Source: Lingula anatina
Taxonomy: Eukaryota > Animalia > Brachiopoda
Reading direction: 5' to 3'
NCBI GenBank assembly: GCA_051362555.1
Contig: CM120646.1
Coordinates: 19,592,001 to 19,656,000, forward strand
Length of the DNA stretch: 64,000 bases
Shown here: piece by piece, positions 38,470-49,360 of the stretch
How the letters are laid out: every line of letters begins with the position of its first letter
Numbering within the stretch: position 1 is the stretch's first letter
Made by a program: the position numbers and the translations under genes
The notes under the pieces: generated by a model
Database searches by the model: none
Seen by the model: the letters and a program-made list of their open reading frames with translations, nothing else
What the model was told of the DNA's origin: nothing

Positions 38470-39747
38470 TTTATTATCTATATATTTGGGGAAAGTTTTT
38501 ATAGTTTCATATACAGTAGACTATTCTTGACAAGAATTTTTGTTTGAAATATGCAAAGAACCCATTGAGATGGTGTATTTCATGATTTCATGAGATGGGA
38601 TACTGTTGATATGATAGAGGCATAAGATGAAGACCACCCTTCACATAATTTCTCAATGAATAGTGCATCTATCTCTCAAAAACTCCCAGACTCTGTAGAA
38701 TAGGTTTTTCATTTCCCCATGTTTAGAGGTGGTTAAAAATACCTTGATAGTTTCTTTGATGAAGGGTCTTAACTTGATTACTCACTGGTAAGAACATGTG
38801 AAGTCTCTTTATTGAAAGCTATATATCTTTTTACCAATACTTAGACCAGTTCTTAAGCGATTAGGTGAAGTGTTGACTTTCTCAATAACCCCCCATGCAC
38901 ATGTTTTGTATGATTTTATGCATGATCTAACATGGGAATATCCAGGTACATCACTCAAAGAACTTCCTCATTCCAAACTCTCGTGTTGTCTGAGAATATT
39001 TCCTGATTAATATTAGCTGAGTAACATTGTGTGGTTTTTTTTTTTTTAATTTATTATTATTTTGCAAGTAAGAAAAAAAATTATAAGAATAATTGACAAG
39101 TCAATGCTACACTCATTGTGACTTAACTTATTTTGAACAAGTTTTAAAAGTTCAAAAAGTGAAAAACAACCTTTTTTGCGTGTTGGGAAAAAATAAAACA
39201 ACATTATTTATTAATGACTAAGAAAGTTGAATAAACATTTGACAAGAACATCTAGTCAGGCCACAGGTATGGTGAGGTCTGGTATGTTAACATTTACAAC
39301 TGCACATGTGCATCCTCATATATTGATCATGATAAAGCACGCCACTGGTATTATACAGTGAGAATACATCAGTTATACTGAGAAGGGGTTGTTTTTTGGG
39401 GAGTGGGGCTGGAAAATATTCCAGATTTTCATGGCACTGTTGACGGCTTTGGAGTACCTATCCATCATCAGTCACTTGAGTGCCAGTCTGTAGTTTTTAT
39501 ATATGTACGATACTTTTTACACCAAACTCTTCGTGCATTATCTTAAAGGAGAATAGAACATTGCATTTAAGCCATTTGCCATTGAGACATTTGCGCAGCC
39601 TGTCAGAAGAAGGTGGAAGGTTTAATAAAGATTAAATTCCACATGGACACCTAATATCTGCCTCCTGATGTCTTCAAGGGTACTTAAGAAACTGTACACA
39701 AACATGGTGTTTAATATGTTGTGTTTAAGTGTTATGTGTTATTTTAG

Positions 39748-39771
39748 ATCAGCAGCAGAATTCGCCTGTTG
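39748..39771 (+). CDS. Candidate 24-nt microexon of the RhoGEF (ISSRIRLL)
   Basis: ttattttag acceptor, TTG|gtatgt donor, phase 0/0. Confidence 0.45.
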
Positions 39772-39811
39772 GTATGTTTTCTACTTCTCAGCATTCCTTT
39801 TTTTATTCATT

Positions 39812-40007
39812 ATAGCATCATGATTCTAACCATTCAGTATGTGTGACCCGTGGAAAATATGTTATTTTGTAAAGCCAGTGGATGTTTGATTAAGCTTTAT
39901 TGGTGTATATTTACACTTGCATAGATATTTGTATTATATATGTGTCATGTTTTCCAATGGGAACGTGTTACGGGTCACAACATTCATAGCCAGGATCATG
40001 ATGCTAT
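39812..40007. mobile_element. MITE-like inverted-repeat element (about 40-bp arms)
   Basis: Left atagcatcatgattctaaccattcagtatgtgtgacccgt versus right reverse complement atagcatcatgatcctggctatgaatgttgtgacccgt. Confidence 0.6.
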
Positions 40008-41378
40008 TTGCTCCGTCTGTCTTATGTACCAGAATTTAATTTTTATTTCTGCCAATTTAAAATAAAAATAATCATCTCAAGTTCTTTTACAAGAATTACT
40101 TAAAGCAACACTCATAAAACAAAGTTTGCTTTGAAAATACTTGAATACTTGTTTTACCAAATAGTGAAATTGTATTAATTATATCAAGCATATTCTGTGT
40201 AATTGTTGGCAATATGGTTCAGTACATCACAATTTCCTCGTCTCACCTGTCACAATGTTACCACTATTTCCTACCTACCCTGTCACATCTACCACACTCA
40301 GCTGCCACTCCAAGCCAGGGGCCTGGTTCACAGAATGTGAGAAGTTTTATAGCCTATCTTAAGCCAAAGACTTATCACATTTTGGGCTTAGCTTAGCTTA
40401 GACTGCTATTTTTGGGTAGCCTACTATAGAAAGTCAGTTTTGTGTGTGATAGTAGACTAAAGCTTTTTTTACCAATGATTAGTGGATACGGCAAAAATGT
40501 AGTTTACATAGGTTGTTGTCATCAAGGAGGGTAAAAATTACATATTCAGTTACATTTTGTTCAAGGGACTTCTGTAAATGAAAATAAAAAGGTTATCAGC
40601 CTTTTAGATCTTTGTTCATATGCATAAGTCTGAAATTCTTGGCAGTCTTTGCTGATTTTTAACTTAAGTCACTATATTTGTTAATCAGGCCCCCTGCATT
40701 TCTGACACTTTTATCATGCCTACCACAGTTCTCACAATCAACGCTCCTTATACAGGTCAACTATCATCCTACATGGCAAAAACCATTAAGCTACAGCTTG
40801 ACATTTATTTATGATCATAACATCAATGATAATTATATGTATGCAGTGAGATATTCATCAAAACAATGGATGTTGCACATAGGGAAAATAAATTTTATCC
40901 TTATTCTAGCATGATTGTACGTGGTCCAGATTATCAAATATAAAGTTTTGCTTAATAGACCGTCATACAAGTTACCCTGAAATGGTATTAAGAAAGCTTT
41001 AAGTAGATGTACAGAATGGTTTAATATATCTTTTATATCTATATACTATAAAATGCAAGGTAAGAAGCAAAGATCCTGTTTGCATAGAATGAGGTGCTTG
41101 TTGTGTATCTGCAATATGCATATCGCATATTCATATTTTATAATTCAGAAAAGATACCTTGCTTCCGTGTGGCTATATTGAAAAGTGAACTGCTAGTATG
41201 TAATATTCCTGAACCTGTGTATAATATGTTAATAAGATAATATTAAATAAATCGACCTTGACCTTTGCATGTTACCCAGGAGATGGCCTTGACCCTTTAT
41301 GTATATGCCAAGCTATGAGCCTGGTTATAAATTTCAGATATGTTCAAATTTTGTCAGTTTTGGTCTCTCATCCTGTAG

Positions 41379-41456
41379 AACAACTTTTTTCAGCTTCCTC
41401 AGAGTTTCAAGAAAAGTGACGGGACCATTAAGTCTTTCAAGATTAAGAAAGCTTCG
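41379..41456 (+). CDS. Candidate 78-nt cassette exon of the RhoGEF (Lys-rich)
   Basis: ttttggtctctcatcctgtag acceptor; NNFFQLPQSFKKSDGTIKSFKIKKAS; TCG|gtaggg donor; phase 0/0. Confidence 0.5.
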
Positions 41457-41913
41457 GTAGGGTGGCATCTTCTCACATAATATATGTGTTTAAGGGCACT
41501 TCAAGGGTTGTATGGATTGCTTTAATGCATGTGGGACTTGTGAGGCCTAAATAGGAATGGGCTAACTAAAATTGTTTCAGGACTAATTCAAGGAAGTAGA
41601 CAGTTTGCTCTCATTGGTTCTGTAATTATGGATATGGGCAATAATTATTTCTACTTTTTTCTTAGAACCTAAAGTCTTGTGTATAACATTGTTTCATAAT
41701 ATTGATTTCTAAGTTATGAAAAGTAAATTGGCTTTGCATCTGATTCAGAAGTACATTGAGTGTCTGAAAATGGTAAATCTTGAAAAAGTAAGAGAAAAGT
41801 AAGAAAAAGTATGGTGTTATATGAAGTATAGCAATACAGCCTATTTGGTGGGAACGAGACATGAGATTGCAATCAAATTGTCTGCTTCCTGGCATTAGAC
41901 TGACAACAGTTTT

Positions 41914-42296
41914 AGCATTCATTACCAGTTGATCCACAGACTAACTAGTCCGTGGATCAAATATGGCCAACCCACTTAAGAGTTTGCCACATAATCCCCC
42001 AATAGACACTGAATAGATTCCCTCTGCAGGGGTGGATTTAGGCCGTCTTCTGGGTCTTTTGGAAGATGGTCAAATTTTCAAATTTACATGGACGGGTATC
42101 TAATTTTTCTCTGTCGGAAGAGGGTCAAAAATGGAGGATGGATCAACAAAGATAATTTGGAAGACTGTCAGAAAATATCTCTGGATCCGCCCCTGCTCTG
42201 GGATTACAAAGCAAGTTTTCAGCCGAGCTTTTAAGTGGGTCGGCCATATTTGATGTGCAGACTAGTTAGTCCAGGGATCATCTGGTTGTGAATGCT
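41914..42296. mobile_element. MITE family A copy 2, interrupted by a nested element
   Basis: Inverted arms agcattcattaccagttgatccacagactaactagtc and gactagttagtccagggatcatctggttgtgaatgct; internal atagacactgaataga shared with copy 1. Confidence 0.75.
42027..42195. mobile_element. 169-bp nested MITE with 15-bp TIRs and 5-bp TSD (CTCTG)
   Basis: TIRs CAGGGGTGGATTTAG and CTGGATCCGCCCCTG; CTCTG duplicated at 42022-42026 and 42196-42200. Confidence 0.8.
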
Positions 42297-42965
42297 CTGT
42301 TAAGCCAATGTGTTCCTGGTTGAGACCTGAAACTGATCAGCAATCATGCCAATGCTCCAGGAGCAGGTGGTCACACACACTCCAATTATTGAATTGTTGT
42401 ACTGCAACAACACCATTTTTACCACTTCTCATATCTGGGTATGTCTGAGAACTTGTGGTCAAAATATCCACACTTTTTCATTTCTTGAACCTATCTAGGT
42501 GTTATGAATATAGTACAGTCCCAAGGGCTTGGATTGATTTCTATTTGTCCTATTTATTATTATTATAAAATATTCTGTTTCATTTTTTTTTTTTTTTTTT
42601 TTTTGCTAAAGTAAAAAGTGTACTTGTAATTATTTTATTCACCAGAGAGTTACACACAGGATATGTTATGGTATAACATAAGCAGATAAACACAAACCCA
42701 TGCATGGGCTACAGGGACTGTGGGCTATAAGTTATGGATACAGAAAAAACCTCTTGAAAAGAAGATAGGCATTCAGGAATTCTGTATATTAAACATATTG
42801 AATAATTGCATCATTTTTGATATAATGTGATGGGGATTTAGAATTGGTCTTAAAGTTGAAGAAATTATGAAGAGCTGTCATTTGATGATGTTTTTTCACT
42901 TTTTTATTATGTCATATACATCATTATTAGATGTAGTGGTAACTTGTAGAGTTTTGTGTTTTCAG

Positions 42966-43046
42966 CCTTCAAAGGAGAGGGAGTTTGCCAGCCAAAAAAT
43001 TAATACCACACTCAAGATGTATGAGCAAGCGATGCAAGATTACGAG
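42966..43046 (+). CDS. ARHGEF11: RhoGEF exon 7 (predicted coiled coil)
   Basis: PSKEREFASQKINTTLKMYEQAMQDYE; phase 0/0; GAG|gtaag donor. Confidence 0.9.
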
Positions 43047-43686
43047 GTAAGAACACAGCATGTACACCAGTTTACTGGGATTTTCTTTGCAGTTCAACAG
43101 CCAGTTGATACAGTCACAGTCTACTTCTGGGGCCGCTGTACCTTTGACTTCATCATTATCGTGTTCTGCGGAAATTGTACAAGTCTTGTAACATTGCAGT
43201 TCTGAAAATGTTATTTATAGAACTGTTGTCGTTTTTTTTTTTTTTTCTTGTTTTGTGAGATATATAGTACCATTCCAAGTCAGGACACACCCATTATTGA
43301 AGGTCAGTCAGAGACTGAAAACAATTTTATGAAAACTATATTGGTAAAAAATTGAATGATTGGAAGTATCAGTTATTTTGTGCGGATTACTTTCTCTTGA
43401 ATGGAATGTTCATATTTTCTAGATTGTCTTTTGAAAAAAGGCTAGACAAATCAGAAACCTAAAAGTCTGGTGGTTTTATAATAAAGTTTTTTTAGTTCTT
43501 TCACTATTTGATGAAAAGAACCTCCATTTTCTATCGCAACAATCTGCTCTGACTTGGAGATGAATCATACTTATTTAAAATAGTTTCAATTGAAAACATC
43601 ACACATATTTTAAATTCATTGGAAACCCTGTTGTGTGATGTATAAATAAGACCATTCTAATGTACAAACTGTTTTGTTTTTGGCAG

Positions 43687-43836
43687 AGATTAAAGGATCA
43701 ATATAGCAAAAATCCCACAGAAAAACTCCTGTCACAGATAGCCGACTATGAGCGGATGGTGCGGCAACTGGAGAACCAGCTCAAGAACCTGGGGGTATCT
43801 CCACAAGACTCTAGGAATGCAGGAACACAGAGTCAG
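43687..43836 (+). CDS. ARHGEF11: RhoGEF exon 8 (predicted coiled coil)
   Basis: RLKDQYSKNPTEKLLSQIADYERMVRQLENQLKNLGVSPQDSRNAGTQSQ; phase 0/0. An alternative donor at GGG|gtatct is possible. Confidence 0.88.
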
Positions 43837-44843
43837 GTAGTAACTATAATAAAGAGTGATATATTGTAATGAAACAGTGGAAGAGTGTAGGGTGGCTTGT
43901 CTTGGTGTGGCCTGATCATGCGATCAAAAATAGAAGAAATAAGTGGTTTTGACTTGTCATATTTGGGGTTTTTGAAATATTGCAGGTGGTTTAGGTTTAT
44001 GTGAACTCTCAAAAGTAGTATGAGCTTAATTTGAGGTTTTTTAATGTTGTATGATAGTATTATCTGGAGAAATTCAAAAACTTTGGTGTCCCCCAGTAAG
44101 ATTTGAAAATGTTAGAACAGACTGTCAGCTGTAGTTAGTGGATTGGTTTTTAATGTCAAAAAAATAGACTTAATGATGATTAAAAAAGTTCCAGTCACAG
44201 ACACATATCTGTTGCTACAAATGTTAAAGTGGGAATTCTTGCAGAAGTGGGGAATTATGAAATGTGATTTAAATTGATGCCTTATCATTTGATAGAAAAT
44301 TCCCAGAAATAGTCCCTGTAATTGCATGATTTCAGAATTGTTATAATTAAGCGTCGTGTATCAGAAGCTGGTTTCACAAAATAACTGAAGCCTGAAAACT
44401 GGTCTTAACTTTCAGACCAATAATTTGGTCTAGTTCAGTTTAAGGTGAATCAATTTTAATCCAATTCCCTCTTTTGTCGGACCTATTTATTGCTGCTGTT
44501 TGTCAAATTTTGTCAAGTTGTATGCCATGTTCAGTTAGAAATTGTAAACATGTATGATCTATTCATATAGCATGGCACTAGTCTAGCCAGGACAAGTGAA
44601 TGGTATATGCACTCCATTGATCCGTCCCAGATTATCTGTGCACGATAGAGAGGGTTTTGTGCCGTATCCAGATCCAAGCGTCATAAACCTGGAGATAGTT
44701 AAGTGTTTCATTATCAGCAGCAGGGAAATACACATTTCTTATCTATGCAGTTTTCTATTGGTTTTCTGACTGTGTCCAAGTATGCTTCCTTGGACAAGAT
44801 CTCCACCCCAACAGTCATAAATATTGTTTCCTTATCTCTCCAG

Positions 44844-45008
44844 GGTTCTCCTCCATCTACGATCCACCCAGACCGAGGCGACAGAGCCGAGATGATCAAG
44901 TCCGACTCCAAGTACGACAGCGAAGATTCTTTAGAAAATTTTGCCGATGACAGCTCTTATGACTCTCATTCCTACCCCAGCAGTAAGGGGAAAAATGTAG
45001 CACCTTGG
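44844..45008 (+). CDS. ARHGEF11: RhoGEF exon 9
   Basis: GSPPSTIHPDRGDRAEMIKSDSKYDSEDS...APW; phase 0/0; TGG|gtaagt donor. Confidence 0.85.
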
Positions 45009-45519
45009 GTAAGTTGTAAAGGCAATCAGAATTGGTCTTCCATCAAGATTTATGGCTTTGTGAGACGGGCTTTGGTTGGATGAATTGTGAAGCTGGGCAT
45101 GACTGGATTTTAAATGGCAGCTTTCATGTTGAAAAAAAAAACCTTTGCTTGGAATGTAGAATCTGTCCTAATCCAGAATTATTTTCTCCATAGATTTGTT
45201 TAACCAGTGTGTGTTAGATAATGTTGAATGTAGTTAGTGTTTACACTGATTACTGAAGTAGTATCCATAAACTCCAAGGCAGGAAGTGCATGTGTAATTG
45301 TCAAGTTTCTACCAGAAAAGGAAAAGAAGTTTTACTAGAGTTGCATAGTAAATGCATATCCTCATGGTAGGCTGTCCGCCTAGATATTCGGAATTTGTCG
45401 AACATGTAGAATGAAAGTTATAGGCTTTGAAATGCTTTCAAATTGTAGAATTAGCTGTTTCTGTTACATATGCATGCAGAACCGTGTTTACCAGCGCCCT
45501 CTTTCTCTCTCTCTTGTAG

Positions 45520-45705
45520 TTGGGCCCTGGTGGTCCGAGACACTTTAAATCTGGCTCCATGCCAGACTCATTTTACCAATCAGAGGAAAGGTATACACGA
45601 GATATCAATATAGAACGTTCAAAGTCGGATGCAGATGCCAGAGCACGGCAGCTTACTTCATCAGATACTTACCCTCTTATGGGCAAAGGAAGAATGGACT
45701 CGGCG
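45520..45705 (+). CDS. ARHGEF11: RhoGEF exon 10
   Basis: CT-rich acceptor; LGPGGPRHFKSGSMPDS...ERSKSDADAR...MDSA; GCG|gtaggt donor; phase 0/0. Confidence 0.85.
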
Positions 45706-46240
45706 GTAGGTTATGCTACTCTGGCACTTCCCAAGCACTCAATTTACATCAAATTTGTCTAGGGGCTCGATGAACTTTTTAGCATTTGATGTAAAGAAAG
45801 CAATGTATCAAGGCAATATAGTCCTTATAGTGGAGTGAAACAGCGCACAATTTATCATTTAGCTGAAGAGTTAACTACTTTCTCTGTTAACCTGCACTGA
45901 GCTAGTACAAAATGCCAAGATACATATTGCCTATTGCATTAGGTGTTCTCCTTATACAAATCCATCCTGGCTTCCTGTCCACCTGCAGCAATCCACAAAC
46001 AGAACTGCTCCTTTGGGAAAAGCAATACACTTTTCAGCAGCAGTAGAGAAATTATCACTGTTAAAATGCTTCTAAATCCCTATTTTACACACTTTGGAAA
46101 ATATGCTTAATTGATGTAGAGTATTTAACCTGAGGAAAATATTCTGTACCTGTGTGCTTGCTGCAAGAAATGTATTGCATTATTCATTTTTATGTCCAAA
46201 TAGCCTTTGTAACCAAAACGAACCTTAACAGATGAAGCAT

Positions 46241-46290
46241 GTGTGTGTGTGTGTGTGTGTGCGTGCGCGCGCGTGCATGCGTGTGTGTGC
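46241..46290. repeat. Alternating purine-pyrimidine (GT)n/(GC)n tract
   Basis: gtgtgt...gcgtgcgcgcgcgtgcatgcgtgtgt is directly visible. Confidence 0.9.
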
Positions 46291-46459
46291 AAAGATGCAC
46301 ATACGGGTGCATGCATGTGTAAGAGAGATATGAAAGATGAATGTGTGTGTGCATGTGTATGTGTGTAAAGTTAAAAGAGAAAGGTTCATTTTGGTTCTCT
46401 ATGTATCCTGGACCCATAGATCAACCTGGAATGTTTTGTTTTAATGCTGGCACATCTAG

Positions 46460-46489
46460 GCGGACCTGCGACGTAGGGTGATGAGAAAG
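46460..46489 (+). CDS. Candidate 30-nt microexon of the RhoGEF (ADLRRRVMRK)
   Basis: ttttgttttaatgctggcacatctag acceptor, AAG|gtaaac donor, phase 0/0; CpG-rich relative to the surrounding intron. Confidence 0.55.
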
Positions 46490-47337
46490 GTAAACGCATC
46501 AGCTTCCTAATTTCCCCCATAGTGTTTACACCGTGTTACGTCCCCTTGTGTGTGTATAATACCCTGCATTCTGACCAGAGCTGTTTGAGACTAGACTTAT
46601 GTTTGTATTTTCATCACTGGGTGACTGAGGGTCTCTGTCACAAATACGACTAAGTCCTTTTCCCATCGAGAGAGGCAGCTTTCTGTACCACACTGGTTTG
46701 ACTGATACTAACATGCAATTACTCTATGGGAGGGGGTTTCCTTTTCACAAGCCCCAGTGTACCTACCTATCAAGAGAAATCTGGTTAACTGGGCTTGTGG
46801 AAGGTAAATGACTCTTTTGTTATCAGTTTCTCCAACCGTAGGGGTACTAGAAAACTGGACCACTCGATATGAAGGGGGATAAAGCCTTGGTGAGCTCTCC
46901 ACTCTTGTCATGCTGGTTTGATCTGGAAATATTTGTTAGAAGTGCAAGATTAAAATTTGTGAACAATATTGTTGTGTATTAAAACGCAAGTAAAATGTGT
47001 AAATAATATTCTTATATTTTTAATATTATGAGAAAAATTGGTGAACAAAGATGACTATTAGCTAACCAAGGCTTTTATTTTAAACAATGGACCCAAATAG
47101 TTAACTGGTCATGTGGTGATGAAGATGTAGAGTTCTCAGGTCTTCAGTTGACTGATTTTCTCCAGCCTTCATGGAAGAATCATGGGAGACTTGATGATGC
47201 CATGATTAACATTATTATTAGCTGTTTGTTTTCTCTCACTCACAGTGTGTGGTAGAGATAATAAAGCATGCCCCTTTGATTAGAAATATTGCAAGATGCA
47301 AGATTGTCTCACTGCCTGCTGAGAGAAAGTCCCCTGT

Positions 47338-47383
<46 letters not shown>

Positions 47384-48048
47384 TGGAGCAAAAGGTTGAG
47401 TAGGTTTTCCCTGTAGGATAGTATTTCTTATTTAAGTAATACTATTTATTTTTCATTCATATATTTATTCATTTAATATTCATGATTTATCTGTATCTGA
47501 TTTAACTGTAGCAGAACTATTAAAACTGGAAGATTGATCAGAATTTGCTGGAAGAGGATATTTGACTTGAATTTTGTTGTCAATGGAAATGAAACTATCC
47601 ACTGTTGTAGCTCAAGATTGATGCCTCATGCATGAATGGCAAACTGGGCATTTTTTTTTTTTTTTTTTAACAACTCAGTTCGATGAAATATAATGATGGT
47701 GATAATTTATAGTAAAAAAAGTCTTCTGCAGAGAAAAAAATATCCTCCTAAAGTATTTTTTACTTTAAGTTTGATATGTAATTTGTTGGAATGGTTTGGC
47801 ACAAATTCTGTGCATTTTTCATGTGTAGGAATTATGCTAGGAGTGTTTTGAGTTTGCATTCTCTTCTAGAGGTGCCTTTCTATATCTGTGTCACAGGTCT
47901 AACATCTAATTAAAATAATAACAATTAGTCTGTTATAACAGTCTCAAGTAATTGGCTTCTGGTGAATGTAAAGAGTAACAAATACAACCAATTGGGTTAT
48001 TCACAAGTTTTTTTAACCATGGATTTACAGGGTGTAAAATAAATCATT

Positions 48049-48169
<121 letters not shown>

Positions 48170-48480
48170 GTTGAACATTGGGTTGCTTGTTGGTTCCCTG
48201 GATATCTAGGTGGTACCCTGGGTTTCAGAGCCAGTCAGCCAGCTTCTTCATTTTCAAATTCCCATACATCCACATATGCTGACTTAATTATTGCGTCTAA
48301 ATTTTTACAGTACAATATTTGATTGAACTTTACCATGCCAATCACAAATGTTATGATACTATATCAGGAAATCCTGATGATTGGATGTTTGTTTGGAGTT
48401 GGCACAGTAAACTGCAATCAAGCCTGAGGAACGCCAGGGTCAAATAAGGAGATTTGAAAATGAAGAAGCTGGCTTGCCTT

Positions 48481-48741
48481 GGGCAGGTTTCACAAAAGGA
48501 CTTTGCCTGAAAATTGGTCTAAACTTTAAAACCACAATTTTAGACTACTTTGACCCCAGATGAAGCACTGATAATTCAGTTAAGTGGAATGTTGTACCTT
48601 CTTTATAACGAAAAAAAGGACAATGTATCTTTCAGAGAAATACTGATTTGATTTAAGTGGACAGTTGTGTCTTTATCTTGATAATTGATTATAAAGTTTA
48701 GACCAATTTTTGGACTGAAGATCTTTTATGAAACCTGATGC
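48481..48741. mobile_element. MITE family B copy (about 55-bp imperfect TIRs)
   Basis: Left gggcaggtttcacaaaaggactttgcctgaaaattggtctaaactttaaaacca versus right reverse complement gcatcaggtttcataaaagatcttcagtccaaaaattggtctaaactttataatca. Confidence 0.75.
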
Positions 48742-48776
48742 TAAAAATCATGATCAATGGGTGGCTAATTGCCATC

Positions 48777-48852
48777 AGGGTAATGAAGGTCACAAGGTAA
48801 TAAGGGTAATGAAGGTCACAAGGTAATAAGGGTAATGAAGGTCATCAGGGTA
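48777..48852. repeat. 26-bp tandem repeat (agggtaatgaaggtcacaaggtaata), about 3 copies
   Basis: Directly visible. Confidence 0.85.
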
Positions 48853-49045
48853 CCAGTTGGTAAAGGATCCCATAAAGTAACCCCTGTACCAGACGATAAA
48901 CTGATTGCATATTTTCATCTCAGCAATTGGTTTATGCCCCACAGAAACAGAAATTATCATTGTTGAAGTTCTTTGTCACTTTAAGTGTTATATATTGGTT
49001 TTGTACTGTGACATTTTACTTATCCAGTATTGTATTGTGTTTTGT

Positions 49046-49185
49046 ATATTATATTATATTATATTATATTATATTATATTATATTATATTATATTATATT
49101 ATATTATATTATATTATATTATATTATATTATATTATATTATATTATATTATATTATATTATATTATATTATATTATATTATATT
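49046..49185. repeat. (ATATT)n pentanucleotide microsatellite
   Basis: About 28 units abutting the exon 11 acceptor. Confidence 0.97.
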
Positions 49186-49189
49186 TCAG

Positions 49190-49360
49190 TCCATCTCCCT
49201 GCCCCTAAGTACAGATGAGGGAGGGGGTGGGCTGTCAGACAGGGACTCCATAGAGAGCCCCTCTACCTCCCCTACCCCCTCTCACCCACGGAACCGGGCC
49301 TGGGGAGAGTCCATGGACCAGTCGGATACCAATGATGGGGATACCACTTCCACTGGAGAG
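49190..49360 (+). CDS. ARHGEF11: RhoGEF exon 11
   Basis: SISLPLSTDEGGGGLSDRDSIESPSTSPTPSHP...TTSTGE; GAG|gtaggg donor; phase 0/0. Confidence 0.85.

Noticed and set aside
48905-49218. ORFs with YYIIL repeats
   Set aside because: Translation of the (ATATT)n microsatellite; only 49190-49360 is exon.
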